NCBI GenBank assembly: GCA_963766075.1
Contig: CAVYAN010000072.1
Coordinates: 160,001 to 224,000, forward strand
Reading direction: 5' to 3'
DNA from: an uncultured cyanobacterium
GTDB lineage: Bacteria > Cyanobacteriota > Cyanobacteriia > Leptolyngbyales > Leptolyngbyaceae
Length of the DNA: 64,000 nt
The position numbers and the translations under genes are program-made. Under the pieces are notes generated by a model, which worked only from the letters and a program-made list of their open reading frames with translations, was not told where the DNA came from and did not search any database. Shown piece after piece: positions 31,701 to 41,595 of this stretch. The number at the start of each line of letters is the position of its first letter. Position 1 is the first letter of the stretch.

Positions 31701-32154
31701 GGATATCCAGGAGCCAGAACGCCAGCAGGGGGAGGCCGCCAAGACTTGGGTTCCCGGCCCCGCTTCTCAGCCGTCGAGTCCATTAATTTTGCTCGCGGAG
31801 GATAATCCAGCCAACGCGCATATGGTGTGCAGCTACCTAGAGGGCCGGGGCTATCGGCTCCTGTTGGCCGCAGATGGGCAGGAGGCGATCGCGCTCACTC
31901 AACGCCATCAGCCAGAACTGATTCTGATGGATATTCAAATGCCTGGAATGGATGGCCTGACAGCCATTCGCCACCTGCGGCAGGATCCCCAGTCGGCAAC
32001 CGTGCCGATCATCGCCATGACGGCCCTCGCCATGTCCGGCGATCGGGAACGGTGTTTAGAGACAGGTGCCAGTGCCTATGTATCCAAGCCCGTCAGCCTG
32101 AAGCAGCTTGTAGAGACAATTCAACGGCTTTTAAATTCAGTTCGCCCGATTTAG
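25798..32154 (+). CDS. Large hybrid sensor histidine kinase: CBS pair, multiple PAS/PAC, two cyanobacteriochrome-type GAF, HisKA, HATPase, receiver
   Basis: CBS motifs, repeated DITDRK PAC ends, GAF DPCF…CH and DECF…CL, FLANMSHELRTPLN, NAVKFT, GTGLGL, LILMDIQMPGMDG. Confidence 0.95.
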   Translation: MTSMALTLRDVESAIAPCPPTVSANTPLMAAISLMGGQHDCILVVADPLVAIPHAELTGGGLLVGIVTAQDVVRGVAAGLPGLENPVAAAMTHPVISVQRSAIASGDRLWRAFQQCGVSHLPILDDGGQILGIVTQQSLINAVRLPEETLPEGVLPEEPSPAGALNRNESTYRTLLQAMPDLLLRTRCNGTDIEVLSPGNVKEFLVAEDADNPEGYRTLPSEVVARKRRYIQQAVETQQLQVFEQQIDIAGELRHEEVRVAALEDDEALVIIRDITDRKSLEFALCESESRLSDIVNSTAAAISRVRFFANYTWEYEFCSASYEGVFGYSGSEFMADPELWRSRLFAADGPEIEASMADILAGQSRTVEYRFHHKDGRLIWIFASFTSRRDAATDCWIVTAMSQDISDRKATEAALRTNEGKSRAILATIPDLMFRLSATGEYLEYFGNRHELDIVCKGQNPTGRLMTEILSPELAQRQMACIQEVLATRQLMVYEQEVQVGDRWQYEEVRVAPSGEQEVLFIIRDIGERKRAEITLRQQAERDRLLARLTQQMRQSLELDQILSTTVTEVRHLLEADRVLIYRFNADWGGEMIVESVRDPWVTALGTNLRDPCFGDDLVDQYRQGRISQIADLHHSGLSPCHVELLAQFQVQASLAVPITCDGKLWGLLCVHQCQATRVWQPEEVGLLIQLTGQLAIALQQAGLYQQVQRLNTDLERQVNERTAALQVSEARFRSIFEQSPLGIVITNPEGRLLTLNSQACQITGYSEAERLGGHYLDHVHPEDRPAATALFQQVLQGTQSQGTLESRYLTKAGAVIWLEVTRAVIRDAQGQPSALVGMIQDITERKGLELSLQRSEAKLNHVLNTVIAAICNFRVYPDGTWEYNYYSPGFEDLLGYTPADLTAHKHLWRSRVVAADRKAVIQPLYEKILQGECTIRYEYRAYHRDGRLRWIAATLTSGWDAAANCWMVTTVDTDISDRKRLEAERLQAQEELQAQKDFLQQVMESVPSGIFVKDAALRIQMSNQAMAELYGLPIPDLLGRRSLEVDSHLDAGQRVAFHQEDLEVIQTGKTLVKQDRFVRPNGQVRWYQTTLKPFLDAQGQPQGLIGNAVEITDRKQAEMALAKSEARYRAIVEDQTEIICRFLPDGRLRFVNEAFCRYFGVEREDAIGQPYQPRIFAADQAYVAQQIQSMSSTNPVILVENRVVARGEVRWTQWNNRMLFDPEGQLLEYQAVGRDITAAKAAEVALQQSQQQYRNLVNSIDAVVWEGDPLTWQFTFVSQQAERLLGYPLTVWQSPNFWYDYTHPDDRERVREFCSRNIQRQQDHTLEFRMLAADGGIVWIRNTTNVIVDNGQTQKLQGLVIDISDRKAAELALKESEIRFRCLTENVPGMIYRDHLRLEGDDMIEAFSYASPRCEEILGITVETLMQGGGTIWHLIHPEDVVGLREDMIQCVRHRWPTFWSEYRIITPSGQQKWLQDRAQATFLDNGDVIWDGLIEDISDRKAVELALHQRMEREQILGEITRHIRESLDLSQILETAVTEARQIFQADRALIFRLTPSGVGVVIQESVLPAYPTTAAMHFPDECFPPACYAHYCQGQPRIVPDVTQDEWAGCLQTFMQSVGVQSKLVAPIVQRDEHDQPVVWGLLILHACGDRRQWQPAEAEFLQQISNQMAIAIHQSELYHQLQNTNSHLARATRLKDEFLANMSHELRTPLNAILGLSEALQSHAFGPINPKQQQFLTTIQSSGHHLLSLINDILDLAKMEAGKLDLMMHPVAIQHLCQSSLVMVEQQALQKGVRLIVSLDPSLGHIEVDELRIRQVLVNLLNNAVKFTATGGAVSLTVSPHPPVGPPGIMPDNAASSPSPHNLAPSIYAPLSYVPQDQTHYLYFAIEDTGIGIAPEDLGKLFQTFVQLDSGLARHYEGTGLGLVLVQRIVHLHGGQVTVASVLGQGSRFTVALPRRQRGIAPDIQEPERQQGEAAKTWVPGPASQPSSPLILLAEDNPANAHMVCSYLEGRGYRLLLAADGQEAIALTQRHQPELILMDIQMPGMDGLTAIRHLRQDPQSATVPIIAMTALAMSGDRERCLETGASAYVSKPVSLKQLVETIQRLLNSVRPI

Positions 32155-32208
32155 AACCCCCTGCCCTTGCTTAGCTTGAAAAAATCAAGTCCCGCTTACT
32201 CCCAACGG

Positions 32209-32270
32209 TGGATTTCGACTGCGCTCAATCCACAGGCCAATGGACGAGGGCTTCGACTGCGCTCAGCCCT
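32209..32270. repeat. Two tandem REP-like units (TTCGACTGCGCTCA) between convergent genes
   Basis: ggatttcgactgcgctcaatcc and gggcttcgactgcgctcagccc; same core as in the MITE-like elements. Confidence 0.65.
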
Positions 32271-32292
32271 CGCTCATTGGCTTCTCGCTGCC

Positions 32293-33765
32293 TCAAAACT
32301 TGCCACCCATCATTTGCCCGAGGCGATCCACCGTCAGATCTGCTGCTGGAATCGGCGCAGAAACCTCGCCGCCGCTGAAGACTAAGACGCGATCGCTGTA
32401 TTGCATAATCTCATCCAAATCTGAAGACATGAACAAAATCGCCGTGCCGCCTTGGCAGCGGGCGACTAACTGTTGCCAAACCCATAGGGACGATTCAATA
32501 TCCAAGCCGCGAGTGGGATGTTCCATTAGCAGCAGATCCAGCGGCACGGGCAAAAGGGCCAGTTGGGTGCGCTGTTGATTCCCACCCGAGAGGCGCTCAA
32601 CTTTAGAATCAGGCTGACCGCGAATATTGAACAGATCGATCGCATGGCGCGTCTTTTGCAGCGTATCGGACCAATCCACAAACAGACCCCGAGGGGGAGT
32701 CCGCAGGGCTACATGGTCGTGAATCGATAACCCCCGCACCAGGCCATCCTGGAGGCGATCAGCGGGCGAGTAGCCAATGCCGGCCTTGAGGTAATCGCGG
32801 TAGGGGCGATGGGTCATGTTCGCGCCGTTAATGTGCAGTTGGCCCTGGGTGGCGCGCAGCAAGCCCGCGCAGAGCAGCAGCAGCAATTGCTGACCACTGC
32901 CCTCCAACCCGGCTAAGCCCAGGACTTCCCCTTTTCGCACGGAGAGCTCTTGAAACTGGATACAGAGGCGATCGCCCTTCAACACAAGCTGATCCAACTG
33001 AACCGCAGGACAGGCGTGGGGGTCTGGCGTGGGGGCATTGGCTTTGAGCGGCAGGGCGAGGGTGCGACCAAACATCAGTTCCACGAATTCCGCATCGGAG
33101 AAAGGGACCGGGCGATGCCCTACCACTTGGCCATGCCGCATAATCGTGACGCGATCGCAGAGCGCATTCACATCCGCCAACTTGTGGGAAACAAAAATAA
33201 TCGACTTACCCGCCGCCGCCAATTTTTGGGCCGCCGCAAACAGCGCATCTTTTTGCAGCGCCGAAATCCCCGTGGTCGGTTCATCCAAAATCAGGGTATT
33301 CACGCCCAGGGCCAACAGCCGCAAAATTTCCACCTGTTGGCGCTCACCCACGGTCAAGTCACTCAGCGGTGCATGAATATCCAACCTGAAATTGAGCAAC
33401 CCCGACCAATAGTCAAAATCGCGCAACACCTGAGAGCGATTTAGCCACAGACCGCCCGGACGGCCCACCATAAAGTTATCCAGGACGGAAAGGGGCGGAA
33501 AATCGAGCGGATCCTGATGTAACATCCCAATGCCTTGACGAATGGCATCAGCAGGGGTCTGCAAGGTCGCGAGCTGGTCATTCAGCAGGATCAGGCCGCG
33601 ATCGCGCCGAATAAACCCACTCAGCATTTTTACGAGGGTACTTTTGCCCGCTCCATTTTCCCCCAACAGTCCGTGGATGCTGCCCGCCTCCACCGTCATA
33701 GAGACATCATCATTGGCTTGGACAGGGCCAAAGCGCTTAGAAATGTTTTGCAGTTCAACTTTCAT
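32293..33765 (-). CDS. Nucleoside/sugar ABC ATP-binding protein (two NBDs)
   Basis: GENGAGKST, LILDEPT, LSGGNQQ, HPTRGLD, SSDLDE. Confidence 0.93.
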   Translation of the reverse strand: MKVELQNISKRFGPVQANDDVSMTVEAGSIHGLLGENGAGKSTLVKMLSGFIRRDRGLILLNDQLATLQTPADAIRQGIGMLHQDPLDFPPLSVLDNFMVGRPGGLWLNRSQVLRDFDYWSGLLNFRLDIHAPLSDLTVGERQQVEILRLLALGVNTLILDEPTTGISALQKDALFAAAQKLAAAGKSIIFVSHKLADVNALCDRVTIMRHGQVVGHRPVPFSDAEFVELMFGRTLALPLKANAPTPDPHACPAVQLDQLVLKGDRLCIQFQELSVRKGEVLGLAGLEGSGQQLLLLLCAGLLRATQGQLHINGANMTHRPYRDYLKAGIGYSPADRLQDGLVRGLSIHDHVALRTPPRGLFVDWSDTLQKTRHAIDLFNIRGQPDSKVERLSGGNQQRTQLALLPVPLDLLLMEHPTRGLDIESSLWVWQQLVARCQGGTAILFMSSDLDEIMQYSDRVLVFSGGEVSAPIPAADLTVDRLGQMMGGKF

Positions 33766-33819
33766 CCAAATTCCATTCCAGAACCGATCCTGGGGGCCAC
33801 AGCCCCCAAGACGAGTGGG

Positions 33820-35087
33820 CTACTTACTCGGTCCTTCCATCCCGGCCACCAACTGCGGCATGTACCAAATTTGCTGCTCTGTAGCAATTTCTCCAGCCTT
33901 CACAAAGGGTGTGCCGTCCTGGAAATTAATCGGTCCCTTATAGGGGTTGATACTGCCGTCTCCTAACCCCTTAATGAACTGATCAATAAATTTCTTTTTC
34001 TCGCCGAGGGCTTTCCCTGGAATAAAGCCCAGCATCGAGTCTGGTGCATTGATGTCCTTCCAGTTCGGGGGCAGCCAAACAAATTCATTAGGCATTTTGC
34101 CATCCTTGGCCTTTTGGACAGCGGCGGCATAGGGCAAGGCCCAGTTGTAATAGGGCACCCCTAGGCAAATGTCTGGAGCCATATCGCAGCCCGTCTTCAG
34201 GTCGTAGTGGACAAACTTAACCGGCTTGCCAGCCGCAGCGGCTTTTTTGCCCTGGGTCGCGACCTCGGGGGTGTCAATGCCCGACATCACCACGTCATAG
34301 CCGCCGTTGTAGTAGTCATCGGCGACCTTGGTGGGATCAAGGGTTTTGCCGGGAATGTTGAACCAGAAGCCAATCCAGGTGACTTTAAACGTCAAATCGG
34401 CAGCGGGCTTTTTGACGTAGTTTTCCCAACAATATTTGGCTCCCAGGTAGGCGGCAGAGGTATAGCGACGAGTTTCATCATTGATTAGGGGGCCGAGGTA
34501 GCCAATTTTGCCCGTCTCTGTGCCAAGGGCCGCCACACAGCCCGCCATCATTTTGCCGTATTCCATCCGGGCCATAATGTTGCCCAGATTGGCCTGGTTT
34601 TTGAAGTTTTTGCCATCTTTCCAAGCGTAGTCACCGGAAGCGTGGATCACCGCCACCTGAGGATATTTTTTGGCCGTCGCCAGGGAATCGTCTTTCAAAT
34701 CATCCGAGTTGAAGATGATCATCTTGGCTCCCTTGCCGATCAGCTCATCGGCCACTTGGGCACCCGTGACGTTAGGGCGATCGCCCGGATTCACCTTATC
34801 CACGTACTCAAACTTCACCCCCGGAATTTGCTTGGCTACGGCTTCCATGCCTTCGTAGTGGGCTTGGTTCCAGCCCGCATCATTTTTTGGCCCGACAATC
34901 ACCATGCCCACGGTAAAGTCGCTGGCAGCGGGACTGCCTGCTGCGCCGGTGGGTGAGGGCGAATTCGTCGCAGAAGGGCTACCACAGGCCCCCACCATCA
35001 AACTGAGGGCAACCAGGCGTCCCAGCGCATGGGGCGGTGCATCCCAGAGCAGATTAAAGAAGCAAGACGGGCGCGATTTTGATTCAT
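33820..35087 (-). CDS. BMP-family substrate-binding lipoprotein, copy 2; 1-nt deletion in the signal peptide near 35021
   Basis: Paralogous to 35514..36782 from the ATG at 35087; TGG GA CGC here vs TGG GTA CGC in the paralog; lipobox VGAC. Confidence 0.85.
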
Positions 35088-35513
35088 AAACTTACGGCTC
35101 ACAACCACACAAAGTTAATACAACAAAACGTGAATCAGGGGGCAACTTTCAAGAGCAACCTTCAAGTTCCGAGGCGGGTCACATCCCTAGGCCACGGCCT
35201 AAACCGATCGCGCCTGGAGCCATCCCCCCAATCTGGCAAGATTATCCTACGCAAAACGGCACAAACTTCGAGTCAAACAGAATATTTTCCTAACCCAGTC
35301 CAGATCAACAGCATTTGCTCTCTGCAATTAAGGCGATCGCTCCATTTATAAATGTATACACTGCCACAATTTACCAGGAATTCGCGGGCTTCATGGTCAA
35401 AGTCATGCTGTGGGCGCTATTTCAGCGCCCGTTACTCCAGAGAAAGGACGGGGCAATCGCCGACGCAATTCATCCTAAATGACGACCAATGATGACCATC
35501 ACTCAAGATGAAG

Positions 35514-36782
35514 CTACTTACTTACTCCTTCCATCCCGGCAATCAACTGCGGCATGTACCAAATTTGCTGTTCCGTTGCGGTTTCTCCCGCCTTCACAAA
35601 GGGTTTGCCATCCTGGAAGTTAATCGGTCCCTTGTAGAGGTTGATGCTGCCATCTCCTAACCCCTTTGCGAACTGTTCAACCAATTTCTTTTTCTCGCCA
35701 CTCAGGGCCTTCCCCGGCAAAAATCCCACCATTGAGTCCGCGGCATTAATATCCTTCCAGTTCGGGGCTAACCAGACAAATTCATTGGGCATTTTGCCAT
35801 CCTTGGCCTTTTGGACAGCGGCGGCATAGGGCAAAGCCCAGTTGTAATAGGGCACCCCTAGGCAAATGTCCGGAGCAAGCTCACAGCCCGTCTTGAGGTC
35901 ATAGTGGACAAACTTGACCGGCTTGCCAGCCGCAGCGGCTTTTTTGCCCTCACTGGCGACTTCAGGGGTATCAATGCCCGACATCACCACGTCAAAGCCC
36001 CCGTTGTAATAGTCATCGGCAACTTTAACCGGGTCGAGGGTCTTGCCAGGAAGGTTGAACCAGAAGCCAATCCAGGTCACTTTAAACGTCAACTCGGCTG
36101 CGGGCTTTTTGACATAGTTTTCCCAGCAGTATTTGGCTCCTAGATAAGCAGCAGCGGTGTAGCGGTGGGTCTCGTCATTCATCAGAGAACTGAGATAGCC
36201 AATTTTTCCCGTTTCTGTGCCGAGGGCCGCCGCGCAGCCCGCCATCATTTTGCCGTATTCCATCCGGGCCATAATGTTGCCCAGGTTGGCCTGGTTTTTG
36301 AAGTTTTTGCCATCTTTCCAGGCGTAGTCACCGGAGGCATGGATCACGGCCACCTGGGGATGTTTCTTGGCTGTCTCCAGGGACTCATCTTTGAAATCGT
36401 CGGAGTTGAAGATGATCATCTTAGCGCCCTTCTCAATTAGCTCATCGGCCACTTGAGAAGCGGTAATGTTGGGGCGAACGCCGGGATTCACCATATCCAC
36501 ATACTCCAGTTTCACCCCCGGAATTTGCTTGACCACGGCTTCCATGCCGTCGTAGTGGGCCTCATTCCACCCACCATCGTTTTTAGAACCGACGATCACC
36601 ATGCCCACGGTAAAGTCGCTGGTGGCAGAACCGCCTGTTGCGCCGTTGGGCGATGGTGAATTGGCGGCAGGACTACCACAGGCTCCCACCATCAGGGTTA
36701 GGGCCACTAGGCGTACCCAGCGCATGGGGTGGTTTATCCCAGAGCGGATTAAAGAAGCAAGACGGGCACGATTTTGATTCAT
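35514..36782 (-). CDS. BMP-family (PnrA-like) substrate-binding lipoprotein, copy 1
   Basis: Lipobox MVGAC, D-GWN-AH, W-GFWF, adjacent to nucleoside-type ABC genes. Confidence 0.9.
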   Translation of the reverse strand: MNQNRARLASLIRSGINHPMRWVRLVALTLMVGACGSPAANSPSPNGATGGSATSDFTVGMVIVGSKNDGGWNEAHYDGMEAVVKQIPGVKLEYVDMVNPGVRPNITASQVADELIEKGAKMIIFNSDDFKDESLETAKKHPQVAVIHASGDYAWKDGKNFKNQANLGNIMARMEYGKMMAGCAAALGTETGKIGYLSSLMNDETHRYTAAAYLGAKYCWENYVKKPAAELTFKVTWIGFWFNLPGKTLDPVKVADDYYNGGFDVVMSGIDTPEVASEGKKAAAAGKPVKFVHYDLKTGCELAPDICLGVPYYNWALPYAAAVQKAKDGKMPNEFVWLAPNWKDINAADSMVGFLPGKALSGEKKKLVEQFAKGLGDGSINLYKGPINFQDGKPFVKAGETATEQQIWYMPQLIAGMEGVSK

Positions 36783-37121
36783 AAACTCTACGACTTACAA
36801 CCACACAAGGTAAATAAAACGCACGTCTGATGTGCGTCAGATAAAAGGACAGGAGGGGCTGAGAAGTGAGGTACCGTCTGATAAACGAGGTGCCCTCTAA
36901 AATAAACCCAAATCTCCCATGACAAGCATAGACTTTTCTAGCAGCAACTCCAAACCAGAATGTATCAGGGAGTACCGACAGATTTAAAATGGTCAGCATT
37001 TTCACAGTCCACACTGAAATCTTGATAAACCGGAAATATGGATGAATTATTTTTGGGATGATATCGCTTGAACTGGAGGGGCCGCTCTCCCAATGAAACA
37101 TTGGCTATCCGATGCCTAGAC

Positions 37122-37155
37122 GAGCATCGTTTTTCAAGTTTGAAAAACGATGCTC
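37122..37155. other. Perfect 16-bp inverted repeat with 2-nt loop in a divergent intergenic region
   Basis: GAGCATCGTTTTTCAA GT TTGAAAAACGATGCTC. Confidence 0.6.
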
Positions 37156-37292
37156 AGGATCACCATTTATTCTGGCCATTTATTCTGGTTAGAGAGTCTG
37201 TGATGCCCAGAGGGGTTGGAATTTGGAATTTGAAATTATGAATCGCCATTACTCCTGATAATAGAACCTGTTGCGTTGTTAGGTACTCCTCT

Positions 37293-38503
37293 TTGATTCT
37301 GCTCTCCATGCTTGGTCTAGGCTGGATTGGCCTAATCCTCTATTCGGTGTATTTGCAGCGGGCCATCGGTGCGATCGCCCAACTAAAGCCCCTGCCCTCC
37401 GCACATTATGAAGATGCACAGGGGGAAAATTTTCCCAGAGTGACGGTGATTATCCCGGCCTACAACGAAGCCGAAAACATTGAAGCGTGCGTGCTATCTG
37501 TGCTGGAGAGTACACACTTAGGGGCTGATCGCCTAGCTATCTGGGTTGTCGATGATCAATCCACGGATGCCACGCCGAAGTTATTACAGAATTTGGCGGA
37601 GCGATCGCTCGATCCCCGCCTCCAGATTTGGGCCGGACAGCCCCGCCCCAGGGACGCCCAATGGCGCGGCAAAAACTGGGCCTGTGTCCAAGCCGCCGAT
37701 CGCACCACCAGCGAATTTATCCTATTCATCGATGCGGATGTGCGGCTGCAACCGGGGCGATCGAGGGGGCGGTGCAGACTGCCCAAGCCCAATCGGTGGA
37801 TCTGTTGAATTGTGTACCGGCCTTGGTCTGTGGCTCGTTGGTCGAATGGTTGGTCCAGCCCCTGATTTTCATGAATCTGCTCATGTCTTTTGATTCAGCG
37901 GCGGTTAAAGATCCCCAAAATGCCACAGCCTTTGCCGCCGGTCCGTTTATGCTGTTTCGACGAACCGCCTATGAGGCCGTCGGCGGACACCGAGCTGTAG
38001 CCGATCAAATCGCCGAAGATGTCGCCCTGGCCCGCCGGATTAAGCACCACGGACTGCGCCTGGGGTATTACCTGGGTGCAAACATCGCCAGCTTGCGGAT
38101 GTATCGCACCTGGAGCACGCTGTGGGAAGGCTGGACCAAGGTTTTGTATGTGGGTGCCCAGCGAAATGCTCTCCTAATGGTATTGCTGGCGGCAATGATG
38201 ATGACACTGTTCTGCATACCCGGATTCAGCTTCGCTATTTTTGTTTTTCAGATCTTAATAAACTCCTGGGGGAGCGGGACGGGTTGGGTTGGGGTAAACC
38301 TGGGGTGTGTCGCGATCGCGCTCCTTTGCGTCGGTTGGCACTATCGCCTGCGGATTCAGATCGCCCAAGCGTTGAACAGCAGCCCCAAGTATTGGTGGTT
38401 GCAAAGTGTGGGTGGGGGGATGGTGGCGGCCTTGGCGATCGCCTCGGTGATCAAAACCGAGACGGGTTGGGGCTGGACCTGGCGAGGGCGATCGTTAAAG
38501 TAG
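37293..38503 (+). CDS. Membrane family 2 glycosyltransferase; 1-nt frameshift at the G4 run 37754-37757
   Basis: IIPAYNE, VDDQSTD, GKNWAC, FIDADV in ORF1; EDVALA, RMY, GWTK in ORF2; one more G fuses them. Confidence 0.85.
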
Positions 38504-41347
38504 GGGCATCTGGGCAAAATGCTCCAACAGCAGCCGATGGATGAAAATATAGCCCCCGCCCACCTTTTGCATGAAAATCAGGGTTGTAGCGTGGTCTAAA
38601 AAGCGGGCATAATTCCACGGCGCATAGCCATTTTTCCAGAGAATGATCCGCAGGAGCGTGTGTTGCAAGAAGGTCAACCCAGAATTGCCGCCCCCCACCA
38701 ACCAATTAATCGCGCCCACCATCGCGCCCACCATTACCCCAAAGACAACACCATCCGGAGGCTGATGGATGTCGCCATAGTTAATCCACCACAGTGTGTT
38801 CGGGTACCGAGCGTGCAGCCACCAAGTAGACGTACTCAGCACCCCGGCTAGCACTCCGCCTAGAACGCTGAGGGTGATCGCGTTGTGCAGCGATCGCCAA
38901 ATGCCTTGGTTCGGCAGACTGCGTCCCTCTACCTCGGAGATGCGCTGGAACCCAAAGATCAAGCTAATCACGGCTCCCACAAATAGTCCCAAGGTCAAAC
39001 AGCCGATCACGCCATCCATCCAGGTAATCCTGTCCTCGCAAAGGATTTTGACAAGCAGCGAATTAATCACAGCCCTACGACTGCTATCGCAGACCTGGGG
39101 AGTGAAGTTTAGTCCGTTCAGAATTGGCTTGGCCAGTAACAAAAACAGTCCAGCACTGATCCCACACCCAAACCCCACCCCAAACGTCGTTCGCGCCTTA
39201 GTCCAAGACCAGCGCACGGTATCGACGGATTCAACCCTGTTTCCTTCTTGGAGAATAAATCCAAATTCAACGGCAAACAGGATGGCATCTAGCTGCTTGA
39301 GGGCATACCCTTTGAATATTTCAAGGTTGAATATTTCAAGCTTTCCCAACAGACTGGTCAGGATGGCAAACAGGAGACCCGCCATAGGAGCCAGAATCAG
39401 CCGGGACCGGATCCGATGCAGAAAGCCCGTCAGCAGTCCGGCGATCGCCCCGGCACTGACGCCCTGGACGAAACGCAACACCACGCCCACCAAAACCGTC
39501 GTGCTAAATCCCAACAGCGTCTTCGGCAGTGCTCTGAACAGCACACTAGACGTCTCCGGATTGGGATTGTAATTAATCACCTCCGACAGCAGCCCCGTAT
39601 AGAGGCCGCAACACAGACCAATCACCAGATAGATGCCCAAGTTATAGCGGCGAATTTGGAACCCGTTCTGGAGCCAGGTGGGCTGGATCTCCTCGATTAA
39701 AAACAGGGTTTGGGAGTGCTGCACGAGGCGCTGGGCCAACCAACTCAGCCAATGCCGTACATCTGCTGGGGTGTAGGTGCTTTTAATCTCCCGCCGTTTA
39801 AACATGCGATCAATATAGGTATTGAACAAATGCTGTCGCCGTTCCTCCAAGCTCAGACTGGGTAAGTTCTCCAGGGAAACGCCCTGATAGGCCAGGGTCA
39901 TAATATTTAGCATCAGGGGCGATTTGGCCAGTTCCTGAAGCGAGGTATCGGTTTCAATCAAAACCCGCAGGGCCGCGAGGTCGGCGGTTGTGTCGTTGAG
40001 CGCGTGGCGGATTTGGTCCGGGGTCAGCGATCGCACATACACCGCCGCCTGAAAATTCAGCCGCTGGGTGAGGGCGTTGTAGTCCTTGATCCGGCTACAC
40101 ACCACCATTTCCGTACCATGGAGTTGCTGAAATAGATTTAACGCAGTAATACAGGGATCCCGTAAGTCGGCTCTGACTTCATCGAGACCATCCAATAACA
40201 ACAACAGGTCCTGGTTCCGTAACCATGCATCACCAATGGTCAGGGGCACCTGGTACTTGGCGTTCAGCTCCGCCACCACCCACTGAGCAATGCTTTGCTT
40301 GCCCCCTTCCCAGGAAGAGAGGTTAAAAACCACTGGAATTCGGTGATCCAGTCCTGCTTCTGCCCGCACCAGCAGATCCCGCGTGAGTTCCAACAGGGTC
40401 GTCGTTTTCCCCGCCCCCGGTTCTCCCAAAATCAGCAGGGTTCGCCCTTCGCCCAGTTGGTCAAACACCCCAACAATTCGGATATCCGCTGCTAAGACCC
40501 GGGGCTGCTGCTCCTGCATCTCCAGGGAAATATTCCAGGGGTGGGCGATCGCCTCAGGCCGCGCTTCCATGCCCAAGGCCATCAACACCCGACCATGCAG
40601 CGAATTTTCCAGTACGCCCTTAATCCAGAAATTACGGACCTTATGCAACAGAGCTTGGCGATTGCGATACTGCTGGGGGCTAATCTGCCGCAGCCGCAAT
40701 TCCGCCGCATGGCGCTCGATTTCCACCTGGCGACTGGCCTGAATGTAGGTCCGCTGTAGGTTGGTGGGCTGAGGCGCTTGGCGCTCGCCCTCTGCCAACC
40801 ACTCCTCTGCCTCGGCCAACCCCCGCCCGCGCAGCAGAAAACTATGATCCCGTTCGCGGCTGTCCCACTCATGGGCCTGTATCACCAAGCGGGTATGCGC
40901 CCGCACATAGTCTAGGTCCGTGGCGATCGCCCGCAGTAATTTCTGCATCGCCTCCTCAAAGGAATCTTCCTCTCGGAAAAAAATCCAGTTGAGCTTGGCA
41001 AGTTCCGAGTGCACCGCTTCATAGCTCACCTCCTGCCAAACAATCGGGATCAGCCGTTTACCGTGCTTGAGGGCGTGCTCTAGTTCCTCTCCGCACACCG
41101 CCGAGGCCGTCGAGTGAGGGCTAATGATGAAAATAAAGTTGTTGGCGGCCTCAATCCCCCGATAAATCTCCTGCCGCCAGTCAGCCACGGGTGGAATATC
41201 ATCCCAATCGACCCAAATATCTTGACCGGTTGCCGCCAAGGCTAGGTGTAGATTTTGGACAAAGGGCTTATCTCGACGGGAGTAAGAAATAAACAGGTCA
41301 TAGTGGGCCTGCGATCGCTCAACAGTAGAGGCATCATACGTAATCAT
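38495..41347 (-). CDS. TIR-NACHT protein with C-terminal multi-TM region
   Basis: FISYSRRD…S-VC-EEL TIR; GEPGAGKTT and LLLLDGLDEV NACHT; Gly-rich TM helices; GGGYIFIH tail. Confidence 0.9.
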   Translation of the reverse strand: MITYDASTVERSQAHYDLFISYSRRDKPFVQNLHLALAATGQDIWVDWDDIPPVADWRQEIYRGIEAANNFIFIISPHSTASAVCGEELEHALKHGKRLIPIVWQEVSYEAVHSELAKLNWIFFREEDSFEEAMQKLLRAIATDLDYVRAHTRLVIQAHEWDSRERDHSFLLRGRGLAEAEEWLAEGERQAPQPTNLQRTYIQASRQVEIERHAAELRLRQISPQQYRNRQALLHKVRNFWIKGVLENSLHGRVLMALGMEARPEAIAHPWNISLEMQEQQPRVLAADIRIVGVFDQLGEGRTLLILGEPGAGKTTTLLELTRDLLVRAEAGLDHRIPVVFNLSSWEGGKQSIAQWVVAELNAKYQVPLTIGDAWLRNQDLLLLLDGLDEVRADLRDPCITALNLFQQLHGTEMVVCSRIKDYNALTQRLNFQAAVYVRSLTPDQIRHALNDTTADLAALRVLIETDTSLQELAKSPLMLNIMTLAYQGVSLENLPSLSLEERRQHLFNTYIDRMFKRREIKSTYTPADVRHWLSWLAQRLVQHSQTLFLIEEIQPTWLQNGFQIRRYNLGIYLVIGLCCGLYTGLLSEVINYNPNPETSSVLFRALPKTLLGFSTTVLVGVVLRFVQGVSAGAIAGLLTGFLHRIRSRLILAPMAGLLFAILTSLLGKLEIFNLEIFKGYALKQLDAILFAVEFGFILQEGNRVESVDTVRWSWTKARTTFGVGFGCGISAGLFLLLAKPILNGLNFTPQVCDSSRRAVINSLLVKILCEDRITWMDGVIGCLTLGLFVGAVISLIFGFQRISEVEGRSLPNQGIWRSLHNAITLSVLGGVLAGVLSTSTWWLHARYPNTLWWINYGDIHQPPDGVVFGVMVGAMVGAINWLVGGGNSGLTFLQHTLLRIILWKNGYAPWNYARFLDHATTLIFMQKVGGGYIFIHRLLLEHFAQMPLL

Positions 41348-41595
41348 GGGATTCCGGCAACAGGGAATACGAGCATAATTTAGGGTCGCAAAGGGATGAG
41401 CCTAGTCATTAAATCTGGTGATATTTTATGGCATCATGCCTTAAATCACCATCTTTCCCAACCTCCAGTAGATCATCCAGGGTCTGGCCTCGAAACCATT
41501 GCTGGTAAGCGATTTTCAGCATGAATGCCCACGAATTTGCCTCACATTTCCCACATCCATTGCCCTATTAATTCCCACGTTAAGAGTTATTGACC

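Noticed and set aside
36783..37292. Purine/guanidine riboswitch upstream of the BMP genes
   Set aside because: No consensus motif found by eye; an Infernal/Rfam scan would be decisive
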